From: a virus
Lineage: Duplodnaviria > Caudoviricetes
Reading direction: 5' to 3' (one strand)
Length of the DNA stretch: 54,989 nt
IMG/VR virus record: IMGVR_UViG_3300012351_000011
Span: 1 to 54,989 of that record
In this document: positions 45,267 through 54,989 of the stretch, in pieces
How the letters are laid out: the number at the start of each line of letters is the position of its first letter
How positions within the stretch are numbered: position 1 is the stretch's first letter
Notes under the pieces: model-generated
Seen by the model: only the letters and a program-made list of their open reading frames with translations
The model's database searches: none
Told to the model about the DNA's origin: nothing
Position numbers and translations under genes: made by a program

Positions 45267-47896
45267 GCACAACGCTCGGAGATGCCAACGTCAAATTTGG
45301 CGCGGACCTATCTGGATTTACAGCCGGTATTGCCACTGCAAAGGGGCAGATGACCGGCTTTTCTGACAGTGTGTCTAGCGCCATGCGAGATGTTGCCTCT
45401 GCTCAGCAAAAGGCCAGTGAAGCTGCCAAACAACTGGAATTAGCGCAATCGAACGCGGCTCTTGCATTCAAAAAAGCCTACGATATGGCTATATCTGGCA
45501 AAGCTTCAGATGAACAACTTGCAGTAGCGCAGGCACAGGCCGCTGTATCCGCTGAAAAAGTGTCAGCCGCTCAGTTGAACGTTGTGTCTGCTGAAGAGAA
45601 AGCAGCAAACGCGGCGCGACAGCTTGCCGAAAGTCAACAGCAAGAAGCACAATCCGGGGATAGAGCCGCGCAATCGGAAAATGAGCTTGCATCTGCCAGT
45701 AGTCACGCTTCTGAGTCCTCTAGCGGTTTCGGCTTTTCTCTGGGAGGTCTTGTTGGGAAGGTCATGGACTTTGGAAGCAAGATCGGCATGACCATCTTTG
45801 GCGTGCAAAGTTTCATTCAGACCGTAGGGGGCATAGCAAACGCTTTCATTGCGCCAAATGCCTCAATGGAGCAAACAAAAACAGCGTTTACAAGCCTGCT
45901 TGGCGGCTCCCAAGCTGCACAAGCTGAACTGGATAAGCTAGTCAAATTTGCCGCTGACACGCCCTTCGAGTTTCCTGCTCTAGCAGAAGCTGACCAGAAA
46001 TTAATAGCTTTCCAATTCACCACGAAACAGACACAACCTCTACTCACAGCCATAGGTGATGCTCTCTCAGGACTGGGCAAGAATACCCCTGCTTATTTAT
46101 CGCAAGTGGTTGATGTGTTCGGACAAATGCACGCAGCGGGCAAGATCCAGACACAAGACCTCATGCAACTCACGAGCGTTGGTATCAATGGCTTCCAGAT
46201 GCTTGCAGACGGTATGCATCTGACTGTACCTCAAGTCAAAGATCTCGTCACAAAGGGCCTCATTCCTGCTGACAAGGGCATCGAATTGCTACGTCAAGGC
46301 ATGGAGAAGACGTTCGGCGGTGGTATGCAAAAGCAAAGCGAGACGTTCAACGGGTTGATGTCTACGCTATCAGATAATATCGGGGGCGCATGGCGGGCGT
46401 TCACGGGTCCGCTATTCGACAAAGCGAAAGAGGGCCTGACTGAACTGGGTAAGCTGGTGTCGTCGCCTGATTTCCAGAAATTTGCGAAGACACTGGGTGA
46501 GGATGTAGGCCGGGCGCTAGATGACATCGGACAATTTGTTGAGCATGATGTAGCACCTGCACTGTCAAAACTTGGAGAGCTATTTCATACCGCACAACAG
46601 GACTGGCAAGATTTCACGTCGCATATTGACTTCAAAGATATCAAAAGCTCGCTTGGGGTATTCAGCAAAGCATTTCAGGATGACATTCTCACGCCGCTTG
46701 GCAAGATTTCTGACGATATATTTAAGCCATTGGCTGATAGCTTTAAAAATGTTGATTTCAGCCAACTGGGAAAGCTCTTCAGTCAGGATGTGATTAGCGG
46801 GCTCAACCAGGGAAGCAAGCTTCTGGGAGATGTCGGGAAGTATCTGAAGGAGGATATAGAGCCTGCTGTCAAGAGTGTTGTGCCAAAATTTGAGGATCTA
46901 GCTCATACATTTGGACACGACGTTGCTCCTGCCCTAGCTGATATCTCGGAAAAAGGTGGCAAGGTCGTCAAGGACATATTTGAGCGTCTAGCACCTGTCC
47001 TGAAGGATCTAGGTCCGGATACGATCAAGTTTGCCGGGGCATTGGCGAAGGATTTATCTGATGCTCTGAAGATCGTAACGCCAGAAATCAAGGATGCTAC
47101 CCTTGCAGTTCTGGATTTTGCTGATAAAATCTCAAATCGCGTGTCACCGGCAATCAATGAGATGTGGGCCGGGCTGAATGACCCATCCATGCAGCCAATA
47201 TGGGCGGGTATATGGGCATTCTTTTCTGATACAGTGAAGACTACATGGGACACCATAGACGGCATAGTCAGAATTGGCTGGTCGCTACTGTCTGGGCAAA
47301 TTCTCCTTGGGTTGGATATCCTCAGTGGAAACTGGGGGCAAGCCTGGCAAGATTTGAAGGATATGCTCTCTGGCGTCTGGGATGGCATTCGTGTTGCAAC
47401 CAAAGACGGCATGGGGAAGGTCATAGACGCCATTGAAGGGCAATATGACCGTACTTTTAACGCGATGACCGGGCCATTTGGGGACGCCTACAGGCAAATC
47501 CGCGCCTGGTTGGAGGATATCCGCAGACTTTGGGACCAATCAAAGCCGACCGCTCTGGATGAGTCTACACCTGGACCAAAAGGTTCAAGTGGTGACTTTG
47601 GCGGCGGCGGCGGCTCAGTCAAAGGCTTTGCCAGTGGCGGCTCAAACATCCCCGCTGGCCGCTACAAGGTTGGTGAAGGTGGCTGGGAATTTATGGATGT
47701 GCCTGGCGGCTCTAACATCTACAATCACGCGCAAAGTATGAACATGGCTAATACACCCTTGCAAGGGAATAATCATCCTGTCGTAGTCGAGAACCATGTA
47801 CATATTTATCTCGACGGTCAAGAGATGACCGACATCATCATGTCTAGCGCTATGACTCGTATCCTTGGGCATGGGCCGGTCAGGAGCACGATATGA
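45263..47896 (+). CDS. Tape measure protein
   Basis: FAADTPFEF..GKIQTQDLMQL..TFNGLMSTLSD tape-measure domain, W-spaced repeats, FASGG..VGEGG.E. Confidence 0.93.
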   Translation: MSTTLGDANVKFGADLSGFTAGIATAKGQMTGFSDSVSSAMRDVASAQQKASEAAKQLELAQSNAALAFKKAYDMAISGKASDEQLAVAQAQAAVSAEKVSAAQLNVVSAEEKAANAARQLAESQQQEAQSGDRAAQSENELASASSHASESSSGFGFSLGGLVGKVMDFGSKIGMTIFGVQSFIQTVGGIANAFIAPNASMEQTKTAFTSLLGGSQAAQAELDKLVKFAADTPFEFPALAEADQKLIAFQFTTKQTQPLLTAIGDALSGLGKNTPAYLSQVVDVFGQMHAAGKIQTQDLMQLTSVGINGFQMLADGMHLTVPQVKDLVTKGLIPADKGIELLRQGMEKTFGGGMQKQSETFNGLMSTLSDNIGGAWRAFTGPLFDKAKEGLTELGKLVSSPDFQKFAKTLGEDVGRALDDIGQFVEHDVAPALSKLGELFHTAQQDWQDFTSHIDFKDIKSSLGVFSKAFQDDILTPLGKISDDIFKPLADSFKNVDFSQLGKLFSQDVISGLNQGSKLLGDVGKYLKEDIEPAVKSVVPKFEDLAHTFGHDVAPALADISEKGGKVVKDIFERLAPVLKDLGPDTIKFAGALAKDLSDALKIVTPEIKDATLAVLDFADKISNRVSPAINEMWAGLNDPSMQPIWAGIWAFFSDTVKTTWDTIDGIVRIGWSLLSGQILLGLDILSGNWGQAWQDLKDMLSGVWDGIRVATKDGMGKVIDAIEGQYDRTFNAMTGPFGDAYRQIRAWLEDIRRLWDQSKPTALDESTPGPKGSSGDFGGGGGSVKGFASGGSNIPAGRYKVGEGGWEFMDVPGGSNIYNHAQSMNMANTPLQGNNHPVVVENHVHIYLDGQEMTDIIMSSAMTRILGHGPVRSTI

Positions 47897-50800
47897 CAAC
47901 GGCCTTAGCGACTTATGGTAACCAAACGCCCTCATCTACCCTTGCAATGGCAGATCAGGCGGTCAACACCAATACAGGCACAACCACAAGCGCACCTACA
48001 ACGCTCATCGGCACATCGACAGGCTATGGTGAGATACCGGCCAATGGAACAGCAGCGGCGTGGCCTGCTCTGGGTAGCCTCCCGGCTCAAAGCAGCAAGG
48101 GCTGGTTGTACGACACCACAAGTCTTGAATTTCAGCAATTTATAGCGGGCAATTGGCAGTGGCTAGACAGGGTAAAAATCAGCGTAGGAACGGCTACCGC
48201 TGATTTGATCGTCCGGTTCTCGAAATATAATGCCGGTGTTTATACCACTTTAGGCGTGATCACGCTTTCTGGACAATCGCTAAACACAACCATAACTCAA
48301 TTTACCAGTGCTCTTACCGCTCTTGGTGTCTTTAATTTCCCGAATGCGGGCGATAAGCTCTACATCGATAGATTTGCGAACATCACGACAAATGGTTCAG
48401 GTTCAGGCGCGGCCACGCTCAGTTTACAAAGTTGTAATAATGCGGGCCTGGGTCGCGCCAATAATGCAGAGTTGCGCAGTCCTGGCTATCAGCCTATGCC
48501 GATCTTGGCAACATCTCCAACTTCTCTATCATTTAGCGCTACAGCAGGGGGCGCTAGTCCAGCGAGTCAGAATAGCACGCTCTCAGAGACGGCTGGCACT
48601 GGAAGCGCCTGGACTTCCTCTATCAGCTATGGTAGTGGTTCAGGATGGTTAGGCATATCTCCTACATCTGACACATTAACCGGGTCGGGAAGTGAACCGA
48701 TATCTTTCACCTGCACTACCGGGGCGCTTACAGCAGGGACGTACACGGCTACAGTGACCTTCACAGCCTCTAATGGTGGTAAAACAGCCACGGTCAATGT
48801 CACGTTTATAGTGGCACCTGCACCAACGGGCCTGACTGTGCTCGTCGCTGGCAATCCGATTAATCTGGCGTATAGCTCATGGAAACTCACGAAACAAATT
48901 GATCAGCAAGACCGTTGCGTATTGACTGTGATTGATACGACTGGGACGGCCAATTTCACCAAATTCCAGACCGTTCAGGTGAACGACTCGATCCAGGGTA
49001 CACTCTGGACTGGATATATCAATAATCCGGTCTCGACGAAGCTTCCCGGCAATGCTCACCGCCTATGGGCGCTTGACTGCACTGATCAAATCTTGCTTGC
49101 GCACAATCGCACAAGCAATAAGATTTACGCTAATCAGTATGCTGGCACGATCTTTGCAGATCAGATACAGCGGTATCTTGCATCAGAAGGCATCACCGGG
49201 GCATTTGCCTTGCGTTGGGATGAGCTACAAACAGACTTCGCAGCGGGGACACTCACCAATGTCATAGCCGCTGCCAACTTCCATGATGCGAACAGTGGAG
49301 ATGGAGATCTCGAGCTTTCCCTTGCAGGGGCTGATGTCTCTTACAGCGACGGCGGCATTATCTCAAGCACAACGAAATGCCTGAAGTTGACAGGTACCGC
49401 TGTATCAGGTGTCACAAACCCGTATGTCTATCGCAAAATCTGGACAGGCTCTCAACTCATCGCTACAGGTGACTCACTGGAATATGATGTGTTTATTAGT
49501 AGCACATCGCCGCAAATCATAGCCGGGGTTGATTTCGTTTGCACAGACGGAACAACATTTCGAGATAGTCCAGACGCCGGTACAGATGCGCAGGGTATAC
49601 TGCCACACCCAAAGAATGACTTGGCTGGTCTGGCAAATGATACATGGTATCATCGCGGCTTTGGTGTCGCAGGGGCCCTCATCGGGAAGACAATCAGCTA
49701 CGTGACTGTTGTACTTGAGGGTGATAACCCTGGCACGTACACGGCGTTTTTTAGGAATATTTATTGGAAGAACGGCGCGACGACTAAGCAGATTTTCTCG
49801 GATGACACCTCTTATGTCATCTCTCAGGTTTCAGGCGGTCCTACTGTCAATTTGACAGTAGCCGTGAATGGCTACAGCAATGTGTCTTTAATCATCGTGC
49901 AGGCGTATGACAATGTGACCAATGCAGTAACCACGCACTCTATAGACGCCGCTAAAATTGTGAAAGGCTCGGTTATCAGTTGGGTCACCGGCAATGCTGG
50001 AGGTACATCAGGTGTGGCTACAGGCGCTGTAGCTACTCTGGAGACATCTATTGATAATGGTGTCACATGGCAACTGGCGACCAGTGGAAGCGCTATCCCT
50101 AATCTCTTGCCAGGGATGGCTATAGCCGGTCGCTCTCTCCAGTATCGTCGCAATGTGAAACTTGGAAATGACCCAACGGTCGCGAATTATTTTGTCTCGA
50201 CAAAACTTGTCGTCTATTCTTCGTACAACGCGACAAAGAGCGATGTAGTAAGCACTACGAGCACACAAGCGAACTTTAATGCTGGCACTTTGACCAATAC
50301 AAAGTCACTTGTGGCCGGTGGATTAACGCTCAATGGCTTTTCTAGAAACTGGAATGACACAGACTATAGCAGTCAAACGGTCTTTGGCGGCGGTGGTGGA
50401 CCATTTCAAGCTATTCTCAACAAGCAGATTTACCTCAATGTTCTAAGCGGGAATGACGTGCGTTCACGCTTGGATTTTGTCGGCACATGGCAAGATTTCA
50501 CCGCTGAAGTCGATGTGCAAGTACAACCAAATATGGTCATTGGCCTGTGCTACAGGACTACAGGCTGGCAGAATAACAATGACACGTATGCTTACTCAGC
50601 GGACATCAACACAACCTCTATCAATCTTGGGAGAGGGACAAATTTAGCGACAGGCGCGGGCGCGCGTACCTCCATAGCAGGAGTCGCGGCGGCATTTGTG
50701 GCGGGTTCCTGGCATCGCTTGAAAGTGGTTGTTTCTGGATCCAATCACAAAGTCTACGTCGATGATGTGCTCTATCTCAACGCGACTGATGCCACGTTCC

Positions 50801-52998
50801 TCGCCGCGGGTAACATCGGCCTCAGATATTTCAACAATACTGGCAGTGTGCAGAGCGGCTACTTTGACAACTTTGGCGTTGTGGCTAATCTCACTGGCAC
50901 ATGGCAAAGTCCAGCGATTTCTATTGCAGCGGCTACGACGTATGGGAACTCGCTTGTCGAGTGGGACACGCTTCAAACGCCTAATGCAACGTTTATCACG
51001 GCGCAGGCATCCATTAATGGCGGCTCAACCTGGCAAGACGTGACGAACGGCGGCGCTATCCCAAATCTCACACCTGGCCAATCCCTCGCAGGGGTGAATG
51101 TGCTCATCAAGTTCACACTCACTGCTAACAATGCGCCTGTACAGCCAACATTAGGGGCGGTGACGATATGGGTACTTGGACAATTCAACGCATCAGGGAC
51201 ACGTATATCGCCTGTGCTCTCCCTTGCAGGGGTTGGTAGGGCCGGAAGTGCATTGGTGAATTGGAACGCTTTACAGCCGACAAATACGAGCGTGCTTGTC
51301 GATACGTCGATAGATAATCAGGTTTCATGGCAGAATGTTGCGAGTCCAGGGAACGCTATTGCTGGTATCAACCTGCAACCTGCTCCAACGGTGGATACGT
51401 TCGCAACGAATACAAGCGCGAACTACACCTCGACTTTCGGGCCAAGCGGAAATGCTGCAACATGGACCTATGACACGGCTAATAGCAGGCTTACAGCGAC
51501 AGGAGGCAACCGTTCTGTTTTTCTTTACAACAGTCTGACAGCAACGGATGTAGACCTGTTGTGTGATATGGATCAGAGCGACGCGGGCGGTCTGGTGTGG
51601 CGCTGGATTGATGCAAACAATTATTATGAGATCAGTATTCAGGATGCATCGAATGGCAATCCAAACCAATTGACGCTTTTCAAGACGCTTGCAGGCGTGC
51701 GTGCACAACTTGCGCAGACGCTTTCGATCAGCTTCCCACATAACACACCTCATCGTTTCAGAGTGACCATGCTGGGGGGTGTGATCACCTGCTATATGGA
51801 TAATGTTCAGGTGTTGACTTTCACTGATGGCTCTCCCCTTGCAGGGGGTCAGTGTGGCTTGCGAGATGGCATCAATGCCGGTTTTGCGACTGCACGCTTC
51901 TATCAACTCAGAATACAGCCACAAGGGGACGATGTAAGCGCGAAGACGCTGTACACGCGTCAACGGTTGAACTCGACAGACCCAACCGCTACACCTGCAC
52001 TGCTTGACATTCAAGCGTTTGTGTCAGGGCCTTCCATTGGAGTGGGTGCGCTTGTTCCAAGTCGAGATTATACGCTCACCTATGTAAGCGACAACTTGCA
52101 GGATTTGAACACGCAATCAAACTATTGGTGGAACATCAAGCAGACCAAAGAAGCCGAGTTCAGGCCACGTAGCGCAACCCCTGCACCGTGGCCTTTGGCG
52201 CAAGCCAATCAGAGCGTACAAACAGCCGGTCAGAAGATCGGTGATGTGCTCTACGAAAATTTGAGCGTAAGAAATAGCGCAGACCTGTACAGAAACAGGC
52301 AAATCTTGAAGGGTGTGCAGGCAACTCAGGTATTCAGCAAAAACTTCATCGGGGATGGCTCATCAACATCCTGGACATTAGACTTCGCGGTAGCACCGGG
52401 AACCATACCGACGTTCAAGTTGAACAATCAAGCTGTTTCGATTGGCGTGCAGGGTGATAGTGGCAAGCAATTTTACTACCAACCAGGTGGAACGGGAATT
52501 ACTGCTGATGGCTCTGTAACAACGCTGGTAGGGACTGACACTCTGAGCGTGAGTTACACTGGGATATTCACGACATCGGTTACCAGGAACAATACAGGCG
52601 GGTTCCCTGGCACTCTCTCGCAGGCACAACTCTATGTCATGATGGGCGGCTCTGGCATTGTCGAGAACGTTCTCGATGTGACTGCGCTCAATCTCAATGT
52701 GCCTGCTGCACAAGCGTATGGTGATCAGCTCTTGCAGCTCTACGGCGTCATGGGGCAAATCTTGACCTTCAAGACGCTACGACAAGGACTAGCACCGGGG
52801 CAACAATTGCCGGTCTTTATTCCAGAGAAGAACATCAACAATGTGCAATTCCTGGTATCGCAAGTCGAGATCACAGCGACGTATGGCCTGGATGTGAGTA
52901 ACAATCCCATCGCGCTGTACTGGTATGCGGTTACGGCGCTCACCGGGCCAAACTTGGGCAATTGGTTGAGGCTCTTTGCTAATGGATTAAGTAAATAG
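47893..52998 (+). CDS. Giant tail tip / receptor-binding protein
   Basis: 1701 aa; BACON-like Ig domain, hub-like segment, two LamG/DUF1080-like domains, three SIDNG.TWQ-type repeats. Confidence 0.8.
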   Translation: MTTALATYGNQTPSSTLAMADQAVNTNTGTTTSAPTTLIGTSTGYGEIPANGTAAAWPALGSLPAQSSKGWLYDTTSLEFQQFIAGNWQWLDRVKISVGTATADLIVRFSKYNAGVYTTLGVITLSGQSLNTTITQFTSALTALGVFNFPNAGDKLYIDRFANITTNGSGSGAATLSLQSCNNAGLGRANNAELRSPGYQPMPILATSPTSLSFSATAGGASPASQNSTLSETAGTGSAWTSSISYGSGSGWLGISPTSDTLTGSGSEPISFTCTTGALTAGTYTATVTFTASNGGKTATVNVTFIVAPAPTGLTVLVAGNPINLAYSSWKLTKQIDQQDRCVLTVIDTTGTANFTKFQTVQVNDSIQGTLWTGYINNPVSTKLPGNAHRLWALDCTDQILLAHNRTSNKIYANQYAGTIFADQIQRYLASEGITGAFALRWDELQTDFAAGTLTNVIAAANFHDANSGDGDLELSLAGADVSYSDGGIISSTTKCLKLTGTAVSGVTNPYVYRKIWTGSQLIATGDSLEYDVFISSTSPQIIAGVDFVCTDGTTFRDSPDAGTDAQGILPHPKNDLAGLANDTWYHRGFGVAGALIGKTISYVTVVLEGDNPGTYTAFFRNIYWKNGATTKQIFSDDTSYVISQVSGGPTVNLTVAVNGYSNVSLIIVQAYDNVTNAVTTHSIDAAKIVKGSVISWVTGNAGGTSGVATGAVATLETSIDNGVTWQLATSGSAIPNLLPGMAIAGRSLQYRRNVKLGNDPTVANYFVSTKLVVYSSYNATKSDVVSTTSTQANFNAGTLTNTKSLVAGGLTLNGFSRNWNDTDYSSQTVFGGGGGPFQAILNKQIYLNVLSGNDVRSRLDFVGTWQDFTAEVDVQVQPNMVIGLCYRTTGWQNNNDTYAYSADINTTSINLGRGTNLATGAGARTSIAGVAAAFVAGSWHRLKVVVSGSNHKVYVDDVLYLNATDATFLAAGNIGLRYFNNTGSVQSGYFDNFGVVANLTGTWQSPAISIAAATTYGNSLVEWDTLQTPNATFITAQASINGGSTWQDVTNGGAIPNLTPGQSLAGVNVLIKFTLTANNAPVQPTLGAVTIWVLGQFNASGTRISPVLSLAGVGRAGSALVNWNALQPTNTSVLVDTSIDNQVSWQNVASPGNAIAGINLQPAPTVDTFATNTSANYTSTFGPSGNAATWTYDTANSRLTATGGNRSVFLYNSLTATDVDLLCDMDQSDAGGLVWRWIDANNYYEISIQDASNGNPNQLTLFKTLAGVRAQLAQTLSISFPHNTPHRFRVTMLGGVITCYMDNVQVLTFTDGSPLAGGQCGLRDGINAGFATARFYQLRIQPQGDDVSAKTLYTRQRLNSTDPTATPALLDIQAFVSGPSIGVGALVPSRDYTLTYVSDNLQDLNTQSNYWWNIKQTKEAEFRPRSATPAPWPLAQANQSVQTAGQKIGDVLYENLSVRNSADLYRNRQILKGVQATQVFSKNFIGDGSSTSWTLDFAVAPGTIPTFKLNNQAVSIGVQGDSGKQFYYQPGGTGITADGSVTTLVGTDTLSVSYTGIFTTSVTRNNTGGFPGTLSQAQLYVMMGGSGIVENVLDVTALNLNVPAAQAYGDQLLQLYGVMGQILTFKTLRQGLAPGQQLPVFIPEKNINNVQFLVSQVEITATYGLDVSNNPIALYWYAVTALTGPNLGNWLRLFANGLSK

Positions 52999-53011
52999 AG
53001 AAAATATAAAA

Positions 53012-53365
53012 ATGCAACAACCTTCGCAACAAAATTATAACGAATTGATCATTCGTCAATTAGATCGGCTTGAAGAGCGCACGCGCAACATTGTTACGCG
53101 CTCTGACCTGGAAGCTTTACGCAAGGAACTGGTGACTCATGATTCGTTTGAGCCACAAATGAACGCACTCAAAAACCAGATTATGCGTGTGAATGAGGAC
53201 CGTATCGAGGATAGAAAAGACCTGAACAAACGCATAGACGATATGGAGACAGAGCAATTGAGCAAGCAAGATCGCTTGTGGATACGCCTTGGACAGGGAG
53301 CTGCTTTCGCTGCGTTTGCACTAGCTCTCTTCGAGTTCTTAACGCATTTACGACTAGCCCCTTGA
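53012..53365 (+). CDS. Coiled-coil protein with C-terminal TM (holin/XhlA-like)
   Basis: Long coiled coil then a hydrophobic helix. Confidence 0.6.
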   Translation: MQQPSQQNYNELIIRQLDRLEERTRNIVTRSDLEALRKELVTHDSFEPQMNALKNQIMRVNEDRIEDRKDLNKRIDDMETEQLSKQDRLWIRLGQGAAFAAFALALFEFLTHLRLAP

Positions 53366-53378
53366 AAGGAGGATACAT

Positions 53379-53513
53379 ATGTCACACGATCTCATACAAC
53401 TACTCGCAACCCTTTTATTTTTCATTGTCTTTATTGAGTCATTTATTGTCTTGACAATTTATATTGGTCAAACTCTCTACCGCTTCTGGAAAGCAAGCAG
53501 AGACAAAGAGTAG
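53379..53513 (+). CDS. 44-aa single-TM protein
   Basis: AGGAGG RBS; MSHDLIQLLATLLFFIVFIESFIVLTIYIG..; not in the ORF track. Confidence 0.6.
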   Translation: MSHDLIQLLATLLFFIVFIESFIVLTIYIGQTLYRFWKASRDKE

Positions 53514-53539
53514 AAAGAAAAGAAGAGGAAGCATAGAAC

Positions 53540-54760
53540 ATGCAACCTGATAACCCCTACGGTGTCACATGCGCCATTAACGATGCGACATCGCTCTTGC
53601 ACGCACAAGCCATTTTCGACGCGGTAACGCTTGGCCTTGGCTGGATACGCTTACAGCGAGATGCAAGCTTAATTTGGGTCAACCAGAGTGACCCCACTTC
53701 TGCATGGAGTTGGAACACGCTCGACGATGCTGTATCACGCTGTAAAGCCGCTGGTTTGCATGTGTCGTTTGTGCTTCGCGCTATGCCAAGTTGGGCGTTT
53801 GGGCCGGGAAACCCGAATAGCGCACAGACAACCACACAACCAACGTACGTTGCTGATCCTGCTGTAGCCGCTCAATTTGCCGGGGCTGTAGCAGCACGCT
53901 ACAACGGTGTGTTCAGCATTCCCGGCTATGGTCCCCTTGCATTGGACGCTATCGAATGTGGCAACGAAGAATACGACTCGGTGTTTGTGTCAGGAGCTAC
54001 GCGCGGGCTCTATAATTCTCCCTATTCAATCTACAATGGCCTCACAACCGTTGATAGCAATCATCAGCCTGCTAGAGATCCACATTTCTATGCGCCAATC
54101 CTCAAAGCCGAGTCAGCGGCTATTCGCGCTAATCATCCTCAGTGCAAAGTAGGGATGTGCGCTCTGTGGTGGTTCTACAAAGAGAACTACACGTACTTTC
54201 TGCAAGGGATGTACGATGAGGGATGTCTGGGCAAGTTCGATTTTGCCAATGTTCATTTTTATAGCAATACATGGGACCCGATGACACCTTCAGGGGGCGG
54301 TGTCACCGTGCATACTCCTGGTTTTGTGGATATGTGGACAAATCTGAAGAATGTCATGGCCGCCAATGGAGACGCCGGGCGGCAAGTATGGTTGACTGAA
54401 ATTGGATGGGGTACAACCACGCAAGGGGGCGGTATTGATTGTGATGAGTCGACACAAGCAGCAAGATATCAGGAAGTGCTTGACTCAGCGAGAACAAGTA
54501 AAGTGCTTTCTAAACTGTTCTTCTTTACGCTCAGTGGCTACGTCAAACCGTCTGCACAGGTCGATACTGGCAGTTTGGTGCAAGGTGGCACATCTGGATG
54601 GAGATACCTGGCAGCGTTTACGACGATCAAGAACAACATCACCAGTTATCCATTTTGGTCGCTGCTCTATCCCAAATCGCTGTCAATGGTCGCTAGCGAT
54701 GGCAAACTTGCTATGGTCGCGAGCGATGGCAATTTACCCTTGAGGGAGGTGAGTCCTTAA
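53540..54760 (+). CDS. Clan-A glycoside hydrolase (GH5/GH39-like)
   Basis: ECGNEEY acid/base, NVHFY, VWLTEIGW nucleophile. Confidence 0.85.
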   Translation: MQPDNPYGVTCAINDATSLLHAQAIFDAVTLGLGWIRLQRDASLIWVNQSDPTSAWSWNTLDDAVSRCKAAGLHVSFVLRAMPSWAFGPGNPNSAQTTTQPTYVADPAVAAQFAGAVAARYNGVFSIPGYGPLALDAIECGNEEYDSVFVSGATRGLYNSPYSIYNGLTTVDSNHQPARDPHFYAPILKAESAAIRANHPQCKVGMCALWWFYKENYTYFLQGMYDEGCLGKFDFANVHFYSNTWDPMTPSGGGVTVHTPGFVDMWTNLKNVMAANGDAGRQVWLTEIGWGTTTQGGGIDCDESTQAARYQEVLDSARTSKVLSKLFFFTLSGYVKPSAQVDTGSLVQGGTSGWRYLAAFTTIKNNITSYPFWSLLYPKSLSMVASDGKLAMVASDGNLPLREVSP

Positions 54761-54761
54761 T

Positions 54762-54989
54762 ATGCCTATAACTACGTATGTGGGTGATACGGGTACACCG
54801 TTCAAGTTCCCACTGACATTAGTCGATGGTTCAAAGCCAAATTTAACCGGCTTTACCAATGCGAACTTCCAATTGCATCTATTCCAGGCTCCAACCACCG
54901 TCAAGATTTGCTCAGGTGGAACGTGGTCAATTGTTGATGGTCCTGGAGGGATATGCCAGTATCAGCCAGTGGCCGCTGACCTGGATACA
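54762..54989 (+). CDS. BppU-N-like virion protein (truncated by window end)
   Basis: GGAGGT upstream; VGDTGTPFKFPL..D..NLTG...G.CQYQ..ADLDT pattern. Confidence 0.6.
   Translation, partial: MPITTYVGDTGTPFKFPLTLVDGSKPNLTGFTNANFQLHLFQAPTTVKICSGGTWSIVDGPGGICQYQPVAADLDT

Larger units (their letters stand above)
1929..51847. repeat. Dispersed 12-bp palindrome CCCTTGCAAGGG
   Basis: Exact copies start at 1929, 2037, 3965, 4140, 5494, 13227, 14460, 15269, 15628, 17718, 23120, 25517, 27625, 34586, 36559, 37096, 43560 and 47756, plus 17 one-mismatch copies. Confidence 0.97.
1..54989. mobile_element. Temperate siphovirus genome, near-complete, circularly permuted
   Basis: Full set of head, tail, lysis, replication, immunity and integration modules; no host housekeeping genes; attP-like site is internal; the ORF truncated at 54989 plausibly continues at position 2. 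Confidence 0.92.

Noticed and set aside
1929-51847. Palindrome copies as a CRISPR array or MITE/REP family
   Set aside because: Only 12-18 bp, irregularly spaced, mostly in-frame inside genes, with no spacer periodicity or target-site duplications.
51325-52014. Long antisense ORFs (also 14024-14560, 32805-33353, 46903-47433)
   Set aside because: Shadows of well-supported genes on the opposite strand, with no motifs or RBS.
47893-54760. Diversity-generating retroelement targeting tail genes
   Set aside because: No reverse transcriptase ORF and no TR/VR pair with adenine-specific mismatches noticed.

Overview
The window reads as a near-complete, circularly permuted ~55 kb temperate siphovirus genome. 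An intact attP-like site plus integrase sits in the middle, and the ORF cut off at the right end appears to finish at the left end. The host is probably Chloroflexota (Ktedonobacteria-like), inferred only from protein style. Gene order: lysis (C39 endolysin, holin-like); a leftward early operon (sigma70 factor, Cas4-like nuclease, gp32-like SSB); a replication block (RusA, J-domain, DUF3987 helicase-like, PAPS-reductase-like, putative ori, HNH, primase); an immunity region; an SF2 helicase/Xis operon; attP and a tyrosine integrase; an accessory membrane module; then terminase, portal, capsid, tail and a glycoside hydrolase. Family assignments come from motif recognition, not database searches. 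Unusual signals: (1) the palindrome CCCTTGCAAGGG is dispersed genome-wide (18 exact and 17 one-mismatch copies by manual count), in all reading frames and often at gene ends; (2) both halves of a tRNA-Arg lie in inverted orientation before the integrase, so an inversion would rebuild the tRNA; (3) a stand-alone copy of the replication protein's C-terminal wHTH sits beside its own repeat cluster; (4) a 54-bp divergent-promoter cassette is duplicated; (5) a GTTAAC repeat/palindrome array flanks overlapping ORFs; (6) an unannotated 8-Cys micro-protein.
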